Source: Terriglobia bacterium
Lineage (GTDB): Bacteria; Acidobacteriota; Terriglobia; 20CM-2-55-15
Direction: 5' to 3'
DNA: 64,000 bases
Assembly: GCA_963664115.2 (NCBI GenBank)
Contig: CAXWPJ010000010.1
Location: 224,001 to 288,000, forward strand
Shown one piece after another: positions 50,633 through 61,687 of the stretch; the first letter of the stretch is position 1; every line of letters starts with the position of its first letter. The notes under the pieces were generated by a model that did not search any database, was not told the origin of the DNA, and saw nothing but the letters and a program-made list of their open reading frames with translations. Both the position numbers and the translations under genes were made by a program.

Positions 50633-51857
50633 GTGGGCCTGGGTGGCCCCCACCAGACTCGGCTTGTCTTTACTCGTTATCGCTGGCACCTTGTACACCC
50701 TGGCCTACCTCACACGTATTGGCTGGCTTTACATAGCAACCCCGTTGATCCTGGCCATCCTTCTATTGAATTTACTGCTTCCCCCTCTCAACGTTCGTGG
50801 GCTTACCGCTCGGCGTCATTTTAAGGGCTTCAATGACGGGAAACACGTGGAGCTATTCGAGGACGACACGCTGCTTGTGGAAATTCGACTGTCGCACCGG
50901 TCTCTACTCCCAAAAATCGTCCTCACACTCCGGGAATTCTTCCCATGTGCGGCGCCTGGAAAAGAGGAACATGGCTACCTCATCGGTGCCCTGCCACCTC
51001 GAGGCAGTTCTGTAGTGAGTCACGAGCTGACCTGTTACCGTCGAGGACGGTACTCTTTCCCGCCACTTGAGGTAGAGTCGTCAGCGCCCTTCGGATTGTT
51101 TCGATCAGTGCGCGCTATCGATGCGCCGATGGAAATAACGGTTTATCCGAAGGCCTTACCCCTGGAAGTCGCTCCGAACCAAGGCGCTCTAGTAGGCGAT
51201 GCGACCGGATTCAGTCGGCCAAGTTTTTCCGGAGAGGTTCGAAGCTCCCGGGAGTTTCAGCAATCTGACGATCTCCGACACATCCATTGGAGAAATTCGG
51301 CAAGAAGCGGGCAACTGATGGTGAAAGAGTTTGACCAGACACCTCGGGGAGAAGTGAGAATGGCGCTCAATCCGGGAGTGAACCTTGGCTGGGGTCGGGA
51401 GACAACGCTGGAGTACGCGATAAAAATTGGGGCAAGCCTGGCGCGATACTCCTTCAACGAGGGACGACAATTTCGAATGTGGCCCGGGGGTGTAGGAGCA
51501 GACCTCACAACCTGGCACAAGGTATTGGAGCACTTGGCACGCATACGCGCCGAACCGCAACCGTCAGTTAGTGAATCACTCAGCTATAGAGGCCCCCATG
51601 GGATCTCAGTCGTAGCCGTTTCATCGGCCGACGAAGACTCGATTCGACAGCTTCAGCAATTACGCTATCCCAGAGGGATTGTAGTCGTCATCATGGAAGG
51701 GTTCGATTCGCGAGAAGACTTAGAGGCTTCGGACAAGATCGCCCGTCACGGCCTGGACGTGATCGGGTGCAAGGTGAAGGAACTTCCCAAGGCTCTCGGA
51801 ACTCTTGGCAAGCTCTTGGAATTACAAGGGGCATCGATAGCGACGCCCCTGCTGTAG
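50598..51857 (+). CDS. DUF58 domain protein
   Basis: REFQQSDDLRHIHWRNSARSGQLMVKEF. Confidence 0.9.
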   Translation: MRFLTAYLSRSRWAWVAPTRLGLSLLVIAGTLYTLAYLTRIGWLYIATPLILAILLLNLLLPPLNVRGLTARRHFKGFNDGKHVELFEDDTLLVEIRLSHRSLLPKIVLTLREFFPCAAPGKEEHGYLIGALPPRGSSVVSHELTCYRRGRYSFPPLEVESSAPFGLFRSVRAIDAPMEITVYPKALPLEVAPNQGALVGDATGFSRPSFSGEVRSSREFQQSDDLRHIHWRNSARSGQLMVKEFDQTPRGEVRMALNPGVNLGWGRETTLEYAIKIGASLARYSFNEGRQFRMWPGGVGADLTTWHKVLEHLARIRAEPQPSVSESLSYRGPHGISVVAVSSADEDSIRQLQQLRYPRGIVVVIMEGFDSREDLEASDKIARHGLDVIGCKVKELPKALGTLGKLLELQGASIATPLL

Positions 51858-51893
51858 AGTCCGGTCATATTTGGATTTCCAGCAAGTGAACAC

Positions 51894-54098
51894 TTGAGAT
51901 CAACGATCTTTACACAGCTTACTGCACCCGCCTCTGACGCAGGCTGGAAGGGGTGTCGGTGGCAAAGCAGATGCTTCCTGCACGTGCTTACCTTCGCCGC
52001 TACAGCCGTGGCTTTCGGCGCAGTCTCGTGGACATCCGGGGGCAATCTTCTCTACGTCCTGCTCATATTTGTCGTAGGCCTGGGGCACCTCATTTCCATC
52101 CGCTTCAAAGAGCGAGAGTTCCGATTCAAACTGGCAATGTACGCAGCAGCGCTATTGCTGATCTGGGCCATGTGGACGGAATTGATTGTAATTGTCACGG
52201 GTGGCTCACTCTTCTTGATGGCGAAGCTACTCGCCGTTTTCCAGGTCATGACGAGCTTCAGCCTACGCTCCTTGCGCAGCCTTTATGACTCTTTCCTCCT
52301 CAGCATGGCAGTGGTCCTTCTGGTAAGTGAGGCCGCCCTCACGCCCTTTTTTCTTGTTTTCATATTTGCGTTTGCCATCGTGGCACTGATCTTTCTCGCA
52401 GCAGCGAACTCCATCAGGGAGTCGATTCGAATTGAGCGTTTGATCTCGACTCGAATGACGGGGCAGGCAATCGCCATCCCGGGACTGATCTTGATAGCGG
52501 TGATAGCGAGTCTCGGAATCTTTCTCGTTGTCCCCCAAGCCTACCTGCTCCGGGACGCGTCGCCACTCCCCAGTCGCCTGGATCTTGCCGTTGGCCGCCC
52601 CACAACACCCGCACCTGTGGCTGACGGCGACGCCACCGAATCCAGCGGATTCCTGCCTTCTCAGGTACAAAACAGTACTCTCGACACGTCGTTGGTTGGC
52701 ATTCTTCCTGCGTCCGATTACACCACATTGGGATACACAGGTGAACGTGAAGACGACATTGTGATGTACGTTCGGAGTCCATTAGCCAGTTTCTGGCGCG
52801 GCCAGGTCCTCGAAGAATATGACGGGAGAGGCTGGAAGAGGTCCGATTCGGTACCGCAGATCGAGGTGGACAGACTTGGAAGACTCAGGTTCAGCGATAC
52901 GGTACCCACAGGGCTGGGCCTTGGACGCTACGTACAAACCTTCGCCCCTCAAGTGACACAAGCGGACGCGGTCTTCACAGGGTATAGCCCGGGATATGTC
53001 GCCCTTTTGAACGCACCGGGAGCCCTGGGATTTTCTGCCGGCGTTCCTCAGAGCATCGAGCAGCTGCGTGAGGCCACCCGTTACAGCGTGACATCCGCCG
53101 TGCCCAACCTGAAGCCGGACCAACTGGTCTTCGATTTCGTCGATTCCGCATACCTAGAAACCCAGGAACCTGTCGTGGTTCCCCAACGGGTCGAGGACCT
53201 AGCCAACGAGATCGTTGCGGGATCCACTTCGGATTTTCAGAAGGCGGCTCGACTTGAGCAGTATCTGCTCGTTAACTTTCGATACGACCTGCGTGTCCCT
53301 CAGCTCTCACCGTTTAACGATGTAGTTGACGAATTTCTCTTTGGACGACAGGCGGGCTATTGCGCGCAGTTCGCAACTACGATGGCGGTGATGGCAAGAC
53401 TGGTTGGTCTGCCGGCTCGCATCGCCACCGGTTACGTCCCCGGCGTTTACAACAGTTTGACTGGTGCCCACACCGTTCGATTTCAAGACGCCCACGCCTG
53501 GGTCGAAATAAAGTTCATCGGACATGGGTGGGTCGCCTTCGATCCAACTCCCCGGCCCGATTCCCCATGGGCTCTGGACGTCGGTTCCATAGGTGCTACG
53601 AGGACTGTCCAGGATGTTATGCGAAGTCAGTTCACGGGCTTTTTTCTGGGAATACCCGGTGCCGCGACTGCCGCGGTTGCTCGATTGACCACCAACAGGC
53701 AACTGCCGGGGATCATAGTGGTCATACTCTCAGCCTGCGTCGTATTTGTAGCGCTCTGGATGTCATTCGCAAGGCTCAGTCTGAGGCGGGCGCGCAACGA
53801 ACACGTTCACGGATACAAATTGCTTGACGGATCTTCTCGTCGTGAGGTGGTGCGAGCCTATTTGAAAGCCTTGAACTTGATGAAACGTAAAGGATATCCC
53901 GGTAGACAGGTACATGAGAGCCCGGCGGATTACGTCACCGAGCTCGAGTCGCAGGACTTTCCAGTGCCGGCTGCGGTTCGTGGAATCACCGAACTGGCGA
54001 CACGGGCCCTGTACGATCCCAGTTCTCCGGACCCGGACAGTGTTGATGCAAGTTGGAAGCTCCTGCATACCCTGAGGGCCTACCCCAAGCTCACGTAA
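51894..54098 (+). CDS. membrane transglutaminase-like protein (TgpA type)
   Basis: TM N-terminus; GYCAQFA, DAHAWVE, FDPTP catalytic triad motifs. Confidence 0.9.
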   Translation: MRSTIFTQLTAPASDAGWKGCRWQSRCFLHVLTFAATAVAFGAVSWTSGGNLLYVLLIFVVGLGHLISIRFKEREFRFKLAMYAAALLLIWAMWTELIVIVTGGSLFLMAKLLAVFQVMTSFSLRSLRSLYDSFLLSMAVVLLVSEAALTPFFLVFIFAFAIVALIFLAAANSIRESIRIERLISTRMTGQAIAIPGLILIAVIASLGIFLVVPQAYLLRDASPLPSRLDLAVGRPTTPAPVADGDATESSGFLPSQVQNSTLDTSLVGILPASDYTTLGYTGEREDDIVMYVRSPLASFWRGQVLEEYDGRGWKRSDSVPQIEVDRLGRLRFSDTVPTGLGLGRYVQTFAPQVTQADAVFTGYSPGYVALLNAPGALGFSAGVPQSIEQLREATRYSVTSAVPNLKPDQLVFDFVDSAYLETQEPVVVPQRVEDLANEIVAGSTSDFQKAARLEQYLLVNFRYDLRVPQLSPFNDVVDEFLFGRQAGYCAQFATTMAVMARLVGLPARIATGYVPGVYNSLTGAHTVRFQDAHAWVEIKFIGHGWVAFDPTPRPDSPWALDVGSIGATRTVQDVMRSQFTGFFLGIPGAATAAVARLTTNRQLPGIIVVILSACVVFVALWMSFARLSLRRARNEHVHGYKLLDGSSRREVVRAYLKALNLMKRKGYPGRQVHESPADYVTELESQDFPVPAAVRGITELATRALYDPSSPDPDSVDASWKLLHTLRAYPKLT

Positions 54099-54185
54099 GG
54101 CATCATCAATCCGAGACAAGCCTCAGCTTCCCGGTCAATTTGACAGCCGACCATACTGCATCTCTAATCGAACAAGGAGGAATCA

Positions 54186-54530
54186 ATGACTACATCGAAC
54201 CCGCGGGAGGCACTCGGCTACGTAGCGCCGAAGCTGCTTGATCTGACCGAGCAAGTCCTTTATGGCGATGTTTGGGAGCGTTCCGGTCTCTCCAAACGCG
54301 ACCGCAGTCTAATTACGCTCTCAACCTTGATTGCGCTGAATCGAACTGCAGTGATACCTCTCCATCTTGAACGGGCGCTTGAAAACGGAGTGACGAAAGA
54401 TGAAATCGCGGAGCTGATTACGCATCTGGCATTCTACTCGGGATGGCCGACCGCGGTGTCGGCGTCGCTGCTGGCGAAAGAGGTATTCCAGCAGGCCGAG
54501 GGCGAAGACTCGGGCGAATCAGGGAATTAA
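54186..54530 (+). CDS. carboxymuconolactone decarboxylase family protein
   Basis: LYGDVWER, LSKRDRSLIT, HLAFYSGWP. Confidence 0.9.
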   Translation: MTTSNPREALGYVAPKLLDLTEQVLYGDVWERSGLSKRDRSLITLSTLIALNRTAVIPLHLERALENGVTKDEIAELITHLAFYSGWPTAVSASLLAKEVFQQAEGEDSGESGN

Positions 54531-55325
54531 CGGGACGAGCGGAATCACAAAAACCAGAGAGAACGACCACCTGCTGGCATCGTCGAGGAACAGTTCATTG
54601 CCGATTCGATCACCGGCACGAGGGAGTCCTGTAGCCACGTAGTCGAGCGATCCTTCAAGTTCGACGTTCCGCAACCAGTTTCCCGTCGGCAGCCAATTAA
54701 AAATATTCACGCCGGTATCCACCTCGAAGTTCAGCTTATGCGTATAGGCACTCGCATCCATAGGACGCTCAGAGGGGCTGATCTTGTCGATGATGTCAAA
54801 GTGACTTCCGACCCAACCACCCGTAGCTTCACTCGTCAGCCATTCCAGATTCAGTTCAAGCTCTATTTCGGGCGTGTTGTCGCGGATGGAGGTCCGCCCC
54901 AGCTCTGCCGCCGTCCGACCCGAAAACGGGTTTGCTTCGCCCGACGCAAACGGGGCGATAATGGCCTCGAATGTGAATCCGACTCTAGGTATCTCCGTGG
55001 GGATATCCAGGGCCACCACAGTTTCGAAAACCACTTCACGTTCTGCCTGCGCTATCCCTACCTGAACGTCGCCGTTCATCACGGCCACGCGGTGTCTACT
55101 GAAAAGGTTTTCAACCGTAAACGTTGGCTCGATTTTCAACTCGGGTGCACAAAAGAAAAAGCAGTCGTCAGTGTCCTGTGCAGCGAGCGGCATCGCGACA
55201 CACCACATCAGCACGACGACAATGAACGCCCGGCCTATTGGCGTCCCCAACCCAACGCCGCCCCGCAGTTGCCGACGCGCCAGGGGGATACGTTTTCCCA
55301 CCGTGACAACTCCTCCACCGCCCAT
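54519..55325 (-). CDS. secreted hypothetical protein
   Basis: Signal-like segment, CFFFC motif, beta-strand rich; start uncertain. Confidence 0.6.
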   Translation of the reverse strand: MGGGGVVTVGKRIPLARRQLRGGVGLGTPIGRAFIVVVLMWCVAMPLAAQDTDDCFFFCAPELKIEPTFTVENLFSRHRVAVMNGDVQVGIAQAEREVVFETVVALDIPTEIPRVGFTFEAIIAPFASGEANPFSGRTAAELGRTSIRDNTPEIELELNLEWLTSEATGGWVGSHFDIIDKISPSERPMDASAYTHKLNFEVDTGVNIFNWLPTGNWLRNVELEGSLDYVATGLPRAGDRIGNELFLDDASRWSFSLVFVIPLVPLIP

Positions 55326-55374
55326 TTGTTTGATTCCCCCGAGTGACAGCTAGTGATTTCGCTTCGTCCGGGTC

Positions 55375-55860
55375 CTATTCGGGGCCGGCCTCGGGGTTGA
55401 GTTGAGTGGTTGCCACCGGACCCATGCCGATGATCTCAACAATGACGGCCTCGTCCCGAGCTCCATCGTAGTGAATACCACCGGCAGGGTGCTTTACAAA
55501 GCTGCCAGCCTTCATCGGCACCATCTTCTCCGGGTCGTAGACTGCGGCATCGGGACCGAGCGCAACCCACCATGTCCCTTCAATCACCGTGATGTATCTA
55601 TCCTGGCTGTGAAAATGCGGGCGACTGCTCCCCCCGGGAGCGAATCGATTCCGATAGACATAGATGCCGGGCTCATCGGGGTGGCCGGTGATATACACGC
55701 GGGTAAGCTCTTCTCGAATCTCCGGGCTCACCTCCTCAGGCTGAAGAGCGATAAACCCTTCTTCGTCCGGTTCTCCAACCGGGCTCTGGCCCAAGGCCCA
55801 AGGCCCGGTCACCAGAAACATTCCGAAAACAACGGCCAAGGACTTTCCTCCTATCGACAT
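55375..55860 (-). CDS. secreted cupin-domain protein
   Basis: RPHFHSQDR, GSFVKHPAGGIHYDG. Confidence 0.85.
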   Translation of the reverse strand: MSIGGKSLAVVFGMFLVTGPWALGQSPVGEPDEEGFIALQPEEVSPEIREELTRVYITGHPDEPGIYVYRNRFAPGGSSRPHFHSQDRYITVIEGTWWVALGPDAAVYDPEKMVPMKAGSFVKHPAGGIHYDGARDEAVIVEIIGMGPVATTQLNPEAGPE

Positions 55861-56137
55861 CGCTCGTACCCCCTCGTCCCGGTGACTCGGTAATAATGTG
55901 ACTACATTCGGAGGCAGGACCGCCTCCTTGATGTTTTCCACAAAGACTCGGGAGATCATATAAAACACGTCCGTTGCGGTCAAAGCATTAAAGCAAAAGA
56001 CCGCGCCTACGCTCCGGGTTTCAGCAGTCTTCCAACCTGAAGTTGGGCATCGGGTCCGACAGCCCCTCGTGGTGTCCACCACTGACGAAACTGATATGAT
56101 TAGAGAGCGGCAATCATCGATTTGAGAGGACGGACCC

Positions 56138-56446
56138 ATGCCTTATTGGTGGCCTGCAGTGGTGTTTGGATGGCCTCCGATTATTTTGTCCCTGGCACTG
56201 GCCGTAACGGGTGTGGCTTTACGCAAACCCAAGCTGGGCCTGGTGTCGGCCGCCCTGGCACTTCCGTTTAGTCACTACCTCACCGGTGCCGCAAACTCGA
56301 TAGCCCTTGCCGGTCTTGCCATGCCGGTCGCGCTGGCCGGGAGCGCATATGCGGTTCACCGCAATGTATTGCGGGTGGCTTGGGGCTTACTTGCTGCACT
56401 GATGTCGATCTTGATCCTGCTGTCTCTAAGTGTCTTTTTTTCGTGA
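56138..56446 (+). CDS. small membrane protein
   Basis: Hydrophobic 102 aa ORF with RBS. Confidence 0.55.
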   Translation: MPYWWPAVVFGWPPIILSLALAVTGVALRKPKLGLVSAALALPFSHYLTGAANSIALAGLAMPVALAGSAYAVHRNVLRVAWGLLAALMSILILLSLSVFFS

Positions 56447-56590
56447 GAGAATCTCGACTGACAACGCGTCTGTCCCGGAAACCCTTGGCCCGAAGGTTTT
56501 CACATCGCTGTTGAACTTCGATCCGTCGATCGCTAGAGTGTTGCCCTTGAACCGAAACAATATCCGTGTACCAACGGGAGGAAACAAGCC

Positions 56591-57262
56591 ATGGGACAGA
56601 TGATTGACCTTGAGACACAAGACGGCCAGACTATTTCCGCTTATCGCGCCGAGCCGGAAGGCGAACCGCGTGGTGGATTGGTCGTGATACAGGAAATATG
56701 GGGAGTCAACAGCCATATCCGCAGTGTGGCGGACGGGTATGCCGCCGAAGGTTATCTGGTCATCGCACCCGCAATATTCGATCGTATCGAGGGCGGCGTA
56801 ACAATGGATGAGTACACTCAGGAGACGATGCAAAAGGGCTTCGGCTACATGGAAAAGGTCGACGAAGACAAAGCCCTTCTTGATATTCGTGCGGCAGTGG
56901 AAACGGCGGCAGGCGCCGGTAATGTGGGTGTCGTGGGCTTCTGTTTCGGCGGGCGTATGACGTGGCTTTCCGCTTCACGCATCGATGGGATCGCGGCAGC
57001 GGTACCCTATTACGGCGGGGGCGTTCCCGATCTGGCCTCTGAACAACCCAAGTGCCCGGTCGTCCTCCATTTCGGCGAACAGGATCAGCACATCCCGGTG
57101 GCCTCGGTCGAGGAATTCAAGAAGGTGCATCCGTCGCTGCCCGTGCATATCTATGATGCGGACCACGGCTTCAATTGCGATCAGCGGGATTCCTACAACG
57201 CTGCCGCCTCCAAGTTGGCGCGCGAACGCACCCTGGAATTATTGCATCAGCATGTGGGCTGA
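56591..57262 (+). CDS. dienelactone hydrolase family protein
   Basis: QEIWGVN, GFCFGG, ADHGF. Confidence 0.95.
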   Translation: MGQMIDLETQDGQTISAYRAEPEGEPRGGLVVIQEIWGVNSHIRSVADGYAAEGYLVIAPAIFDRIEGGVTMDEYTQETMQKGFGYMEKVDEDKALLDIRAAVETAAGAGNVGVVGFCFGGRMTWLSASRIDGIAAAVPYYGGGVPDLASEQPKCPVVLHFGEQDQHIPVASVEEFKKVHPSLPVHIYDADHGFNCDQRDSYNAAASKLARERTLELLHQHVG

Positions 57263-57326
57263 CCCCTACGCCTCAGAATGTCTGGCAGCAGAAGACTCCG
57301 GATAGCGCGGAGGATGGGGTCCCTTC

Positions 57327-58220
57327 ATGTCCCCCGCTAACCGCGCCTGGCTGCAGATCCATTTCTGCGTTGTTCTTTGGGGATTCACCGCGATCCTTGG
57401 CAAAGTAATCACCCTGCCTGCCCTACCGATCGTCTGGTGGCGGATGACGCTCGTGACGGTGGCGCTAATGTTTTTCGGGCGCTTCTGGACCGGGATTGGG
57501 AAACTGTCGCCCCGCCTAATGGCGACATACGCCGGCATCGGTGTGCTCGTGGCCATGCATTGGCTCACGTTTTACGGTGCAATCAAGTTGTCCAACGCTT
57601 CGGTTGGCGTTGCTTGTATGGCGCTGGCCCCTCTGTTCGTTGCTTTCGTCGAGCCTATAGTCGTCAGACGCCGCTTCGAAATACGTGAACTGCTGTTCGG
57701 ACTGGCAGTGATCCCGGGCATTGTGCTTGTGGTCGGCGGCACTCCGGTGGGAATGCGAGCGGGGATTTCAGTAGGGATATTATCCGCTTTCCTGGTGGCC
57801 ATCTTCACGTCGCTCAACAAACGCTTTGTCGAAGGCAGTGATGCGTTGAGCATCACGGGTCTGGAAATGGGCGCAGGAACCGTTTTTTTGACGCTGGCGG
57901 CACCGATGTTGCCCATGTTCGGTGCGGTGTTCGTCTTGCCGGCCGTCCAAGATGCCCTACTGCTACTTGTACTGGCAATAGGATGCACGCTGCTACCCTA
58001 CGCGCTGTCGCTGGTCGCGCTACGGCACTTGTCGGCCTTCACGACGACACTGGCGGTCAACATGGAACCGGTGTACGGAATCGGACTGGCCATCATCCTG
58101 CTCGGCGAGCAGAGGGAACTGGACCCCGTTTTTTACGCAGGGGTTGCGATCATTTTCCTCGTCGTTTTCGGTCACCCATTCATAGCACGTCGACTCGAGC
58201 CTCCCCCCGCCGCTCTCTAA
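57327..58220 (+). CDS. DMT/EamA family transporter
   Basis: About ten TM segments, LWGFTAILGK, NMEPVYG. Confidence 0.9.
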   Translation: MSPANRAWLQIHFCVVLWGFTAILGKVITLPALPIVWWRMTLVTVALMFFGRFWTGIGKLSPRLMATYAGIGVLVAMHWLTFYGAIKLSNASVGVACMALAPLFVAFVEPIVVRRRFEIRELLFGLAVIPGIVLVVGGTPVGMRAGISVGILSAFLVAIFTSLNKRFVEGSDALSITGLEMGAGTVFLTLAAPMLPMFGAVFVLPAVQDALLLLVLAIGCTLLPYALSLVALRHLSAFTTTLAVNMEPVYGIGLAIILLGEQRELDPVFYAGVAIIFLVVFGHPFIARRLEPPPAAL

Positions 58221-58269
58221 GTTGCCGTTTTGAGGCAGTCAAAGCCGGCGTCGACGGGCACACATGGTT

Positions 58270-58578
58270 TCAGACTTCGATCTCGATGTCGTCGTCGGTG
58301 ACACGAACTTTGTAGCAAGCGACACTGCCGGATGCCGGAGGCGACAGCGCTTCACCGGTTGTGACATCAAACTTGGCCGCGTGCCATGGGCAAGTGACGA
58401 CGTTCCCGGCAACAGGACCGTCCGACAACGGACCGCCCTGGTGGGTGCACGCGCCGCCAATCGCATAGTAGGCTCCGTCTACATAGAAGACGGCAACCTG
58501 CTTGCCAGCCACATCCACTGCGTTCCCTTGCTCGGGGGCAATCTCCGCTTTGCCTGCCACTTTCATGAACTCTGCCAT
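58270..58578 (-). CDS. Rieske 2Fe-2S ferredoxin
   Basis: CTH and CPWH ligands. Confidence 0.95.
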   Translation of the reverse strand: MAEFMKVAGKAEIAPEQGNAVDVAGKQVAVFYVDGAYYAIGGACTHQGGPLSDGPVAGNVVTCPWHAAKFDVTTGEALSPPASGSVACYKVRVTDDDIEIEV

Positions 58579-58784
58579 TTCAAGCCTCCTTGATCCTCAA
58601 CTGACAATCGTAGGCCTTAACCTTAAAAACGCTCGGCAACGACATACCATAGCATTCCTGTTCATGACTAAATAGTGCTGGATGAGCCCCTAACAGCCCG
58701 TGGTGAAAGTCGGTTTCATAGTATTTAGAAGAAGGACCGGATGCGACCATATCGCGAGGAACATTGAGGTAAGGAGACCGCGCT

Positions 58785-59487
58785 ATGGGAATGGGACGAA
58801 GAAAGGACCGACAGGAGACGTTGTGGGTGGCGACGGCGGAGTTGCCGCGAACCGCGGGCCACGTGTTCTATGAACGGGTGAACCGAATCCTGAATGAGAC
58901 GAATTTCGACCGGTTCGTCGAGGATGCCTGCGAGAAGTTCTACGCCGCAGTGATGGGTCGGCCGAGCCTGGCACCGGGCAGGTATTTTCGGATGCTGCTG
59001 GTCGGCTACTTTGAAGGGATCGATTCGGAGCGGGGAATCGCATGGCGGTGTGCCGATTCTCTGAGCTTGCGGGAATTTCTGGGATTGGGACTGAGCGACG
59101 CGGTGGCGGATCATTCGACGGTGTCGCGAACCCGACGGCTGATCGATCTGGAAACGCATGGAAAGGTTTTTTCGTGGATGTTGGGCGTGTTGGCCAGTGA
59201 GGGCCTGATCGATGGGAAGACGGTGGGCGTGGATGCATCGACGCTGGAGGCGAATGCGGCGATGCGAACGATCGTGAGACGGGATACCGGAGAAGCCTAC
59301 AACGAGTTCCTGACACGGCTGGCGCAGGCGTCGGGCATTGAGACTCCGACCCAGGCCGAGCGGGCCCGGCTGGACCGAAAGCGCACGAAGAAGGGATCGA
59401 ACAAAGAGTGGGAACATCCCCACGACCCGGACGCGCGAATCACGAAGATGAAGGACGGCCGGACTGATCTGGCGCACAAGGTCGCAC
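58785..59487 (+). pseudogene. IS1182/IS5-like transposase truncated by IS3 copy 2
   Basis: GRPS, GIDSERGI, DHSTVSR, VDASTLEANA, DPDAR; cut at 59487. Confidence 0.85.
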
Positions 59488-60747
59488 AGAGGTGGACCCC
59501 ATACGTTGGACAGCTTGGCAGCCAATTTAAGGTGGATTCCGCGGTTCATGTTTATGCTGCCGAGGTCAGTGGCCGTGTTCCCGCGTAGGCTTCGCTCGGC
59601 GTGAGATCGTCGAGTTTGGAATGCGGGCGGTCGTTATTGTAATAGTTCATCCAGACACCTATGTGGTGCCGGGCATCTTTGAAGTCACTGAAGGCGTTTA
59701 GATAAACGCATTCGTATTTGATCGAGCGCCATAGGCGTTCGATGAAAACGTTGTCGATCCATTGCCCCTTGCCGTCCATGGAGATCCGGATACCTCGTTC
59801 TTTAAGTCGGTCGGTCCAGGCCTTGCTGGTGAACTGGCTGCCCTGATCGGTGTTGAAGATTTCCGGACTGCCGTATTCCTCGATCGCCTCGTCGAGGGCT
59901 TCAAGGCAAAACGTCGTGTCCTGGGTGTTGGACAGCCGCCAGGACAACACCTTCCGCGTATGCCAGTCCATGATCGCGACCAGATATAAGAATCCGTGCG
60001 CCATCGGGATATACGTCACGTCGGTAGACCACGCTTGATTCGCCCGCTCCACGGCAATGTCGTTGAGTAGATATGGGTACACCGGATGAGCCGGGTTTCT
60101 CCGGGACGTCTGCGGTGCCACCGAGCGCAGCCCCATCAACCGCATTAGTCGGCGTACCCGCTTCCGGCCCACATCGTAGCCGAGACGTTTCAGATGACGC
60201 GTCATCTGCCTGGACCCATACCAGGGCATCTTCAGATACGCCTCGTCGATCACGCGCATCAGGTCCAGATTGCGATCACTCTCACCCCGTGGCCGATAGT
60301 ACCAACTCGAACGGCTCAACCCGATCAAGTCGCATTGCCGGACCACACTGAGCTGCTCATGGCCCGGTTCGACCACCTCGCGCCTTCGACCCAAGCTCAT
60401 CGATTGAAGGCTCGTGCTAAAAAATCCCGTTCCACGACCAGTTCACCGATCTTGGCCTGCAGGTCTTTGATCTCGTCCTCGTGGTTCCGGGCCGATGGAT
60501 CCCGGCCTCGCTGGAATCCTTCTTTAACGCTATCAAGCGCATCACGCTTCCACTTCGTGATCATGTTCGGATGGATCTTGTACCGCGCCGCCAATTCGGC
60601 CATCGTGCCGTCGCCACGCATCGCGGCCAGCGCTACCTTCGCTTTGAAATCTGCTGAAAAATTCCGTCGTTTCGCCATCGTCGTTAGGTCCTCTCATCTA
60701 TGCAGAGTCCACCTTATAACGCTGTCCTAATTTTGGGGGCCACTTCT
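59488..60747 (-). mobile_element. IS3-family element copy 2 (orfA 60397-60678, orfB 59552-60400)
   Basis: 1260 bp, near-identical to 34414-35673; flanks CAC/GAG, no TSD. Confidence 0.95.
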
Positions 60748-61159
60748 GAGCATGCTCCCGCTTCGCGACAGTCAATGCCCAACCGATGGATGCGACGGCC
60801 ATTTGATAGAAATCGAGGAACCCCCGAAACATTTACTGGTCCGTTGCCCATGGTATCGCAAAGAGCGCCCACACCCATTGTCTTTGGGGGAAGAGTTAGA
60901 GGCGCTGGAACGCCTCAGATCAAATTCAAACTGACGCACTATCCTGTTGTTAGAAGGATGTCAGGACAAGTTGCTTCATCAACTCAGGGTTCTGGAAGCT
61001 CAAATTGATCACTTACACTTGTAGCGTCGTCTCGCACGCATCGACAGTTAGATTTCGATTCCTTTGATTTCTACTTAGCGCTTGATCAACCAGCAATCTG
61101 AAGGCAAGCCGGCCCGCAATGCGGGAAGGTTTATTGGCAGGTTCGGAACGCGTGGCTTC

Positions 61160-61375
61160 CTACCGGATGAAGAGCTTTGGGTACAACCACGTGGGAGAAA
61201 AAAAGAGCACCAATGCTGCTCCAGCAGTGACGGCCTGACCCAGTACTTCCCGGAATCCCATGCTTCGATCCACCAATGGAAGCACGAGAATAAAGATCAT
61301 GACTCCGGCAGCAACCCGCGCCAATTCTAGGGCGACGACAACTGTATGTTTCATGTGGTTTCTGCATCGTACCAA
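61160..61375 (-). CDS. small membrane protein
   Basis: Short ORF with two hydrophobic segments. Confidence 0.35.
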   Translation of the reverse strand: MVRCRNHMKHTVVVALELARVAAGVMIFILVLPLVDRSMGFREVLGQAVTAGAALVLFFSPTWLYPKLFIR

Positions 61376-61550
61376 TCAGGCCATGAACCTGCAAGGAAAC
61401 AGAAGCGATAACTCAGCCAGACCTCAGCCCTGCGCTACCCGAAGACGCCCATACAAGTTGTAACCAATTGATTCCCTAAGACTAATTGACTTGAATCCAC
61501 GGACTACCTATCCGTGAAGGTGTTGCGATGACTGATATACGGAGCTTTAC

Positions 61551-61687
61551 CATAGAGTTACTCGACGACGTCGCGCCTCAACACCGCTGTTGCCAACTTT
61601 CCTCAACTATATCCGTGACGGCATAGAGTTACTCGACGACGTCGCGCCCAACACCGTGGCCAACTTCCTCAACTATATCCGTGACGG
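61551..61687 (+). repeat. imperfect tandem duplication (~66-71 bp)
   Basis: CATAGAGTTACTCGACGACGTCGCGCC...CTCAACTATATCCGTGACGG twice; first copy has extra bases. Confidence 0.85.

Noticed and set aside
34414-60747. Composite transposon formed by the two IS3 copies
   Set aside because: Copy 1 has its own TAC duplication and the outer flanks (TAC, GAG) do not match.
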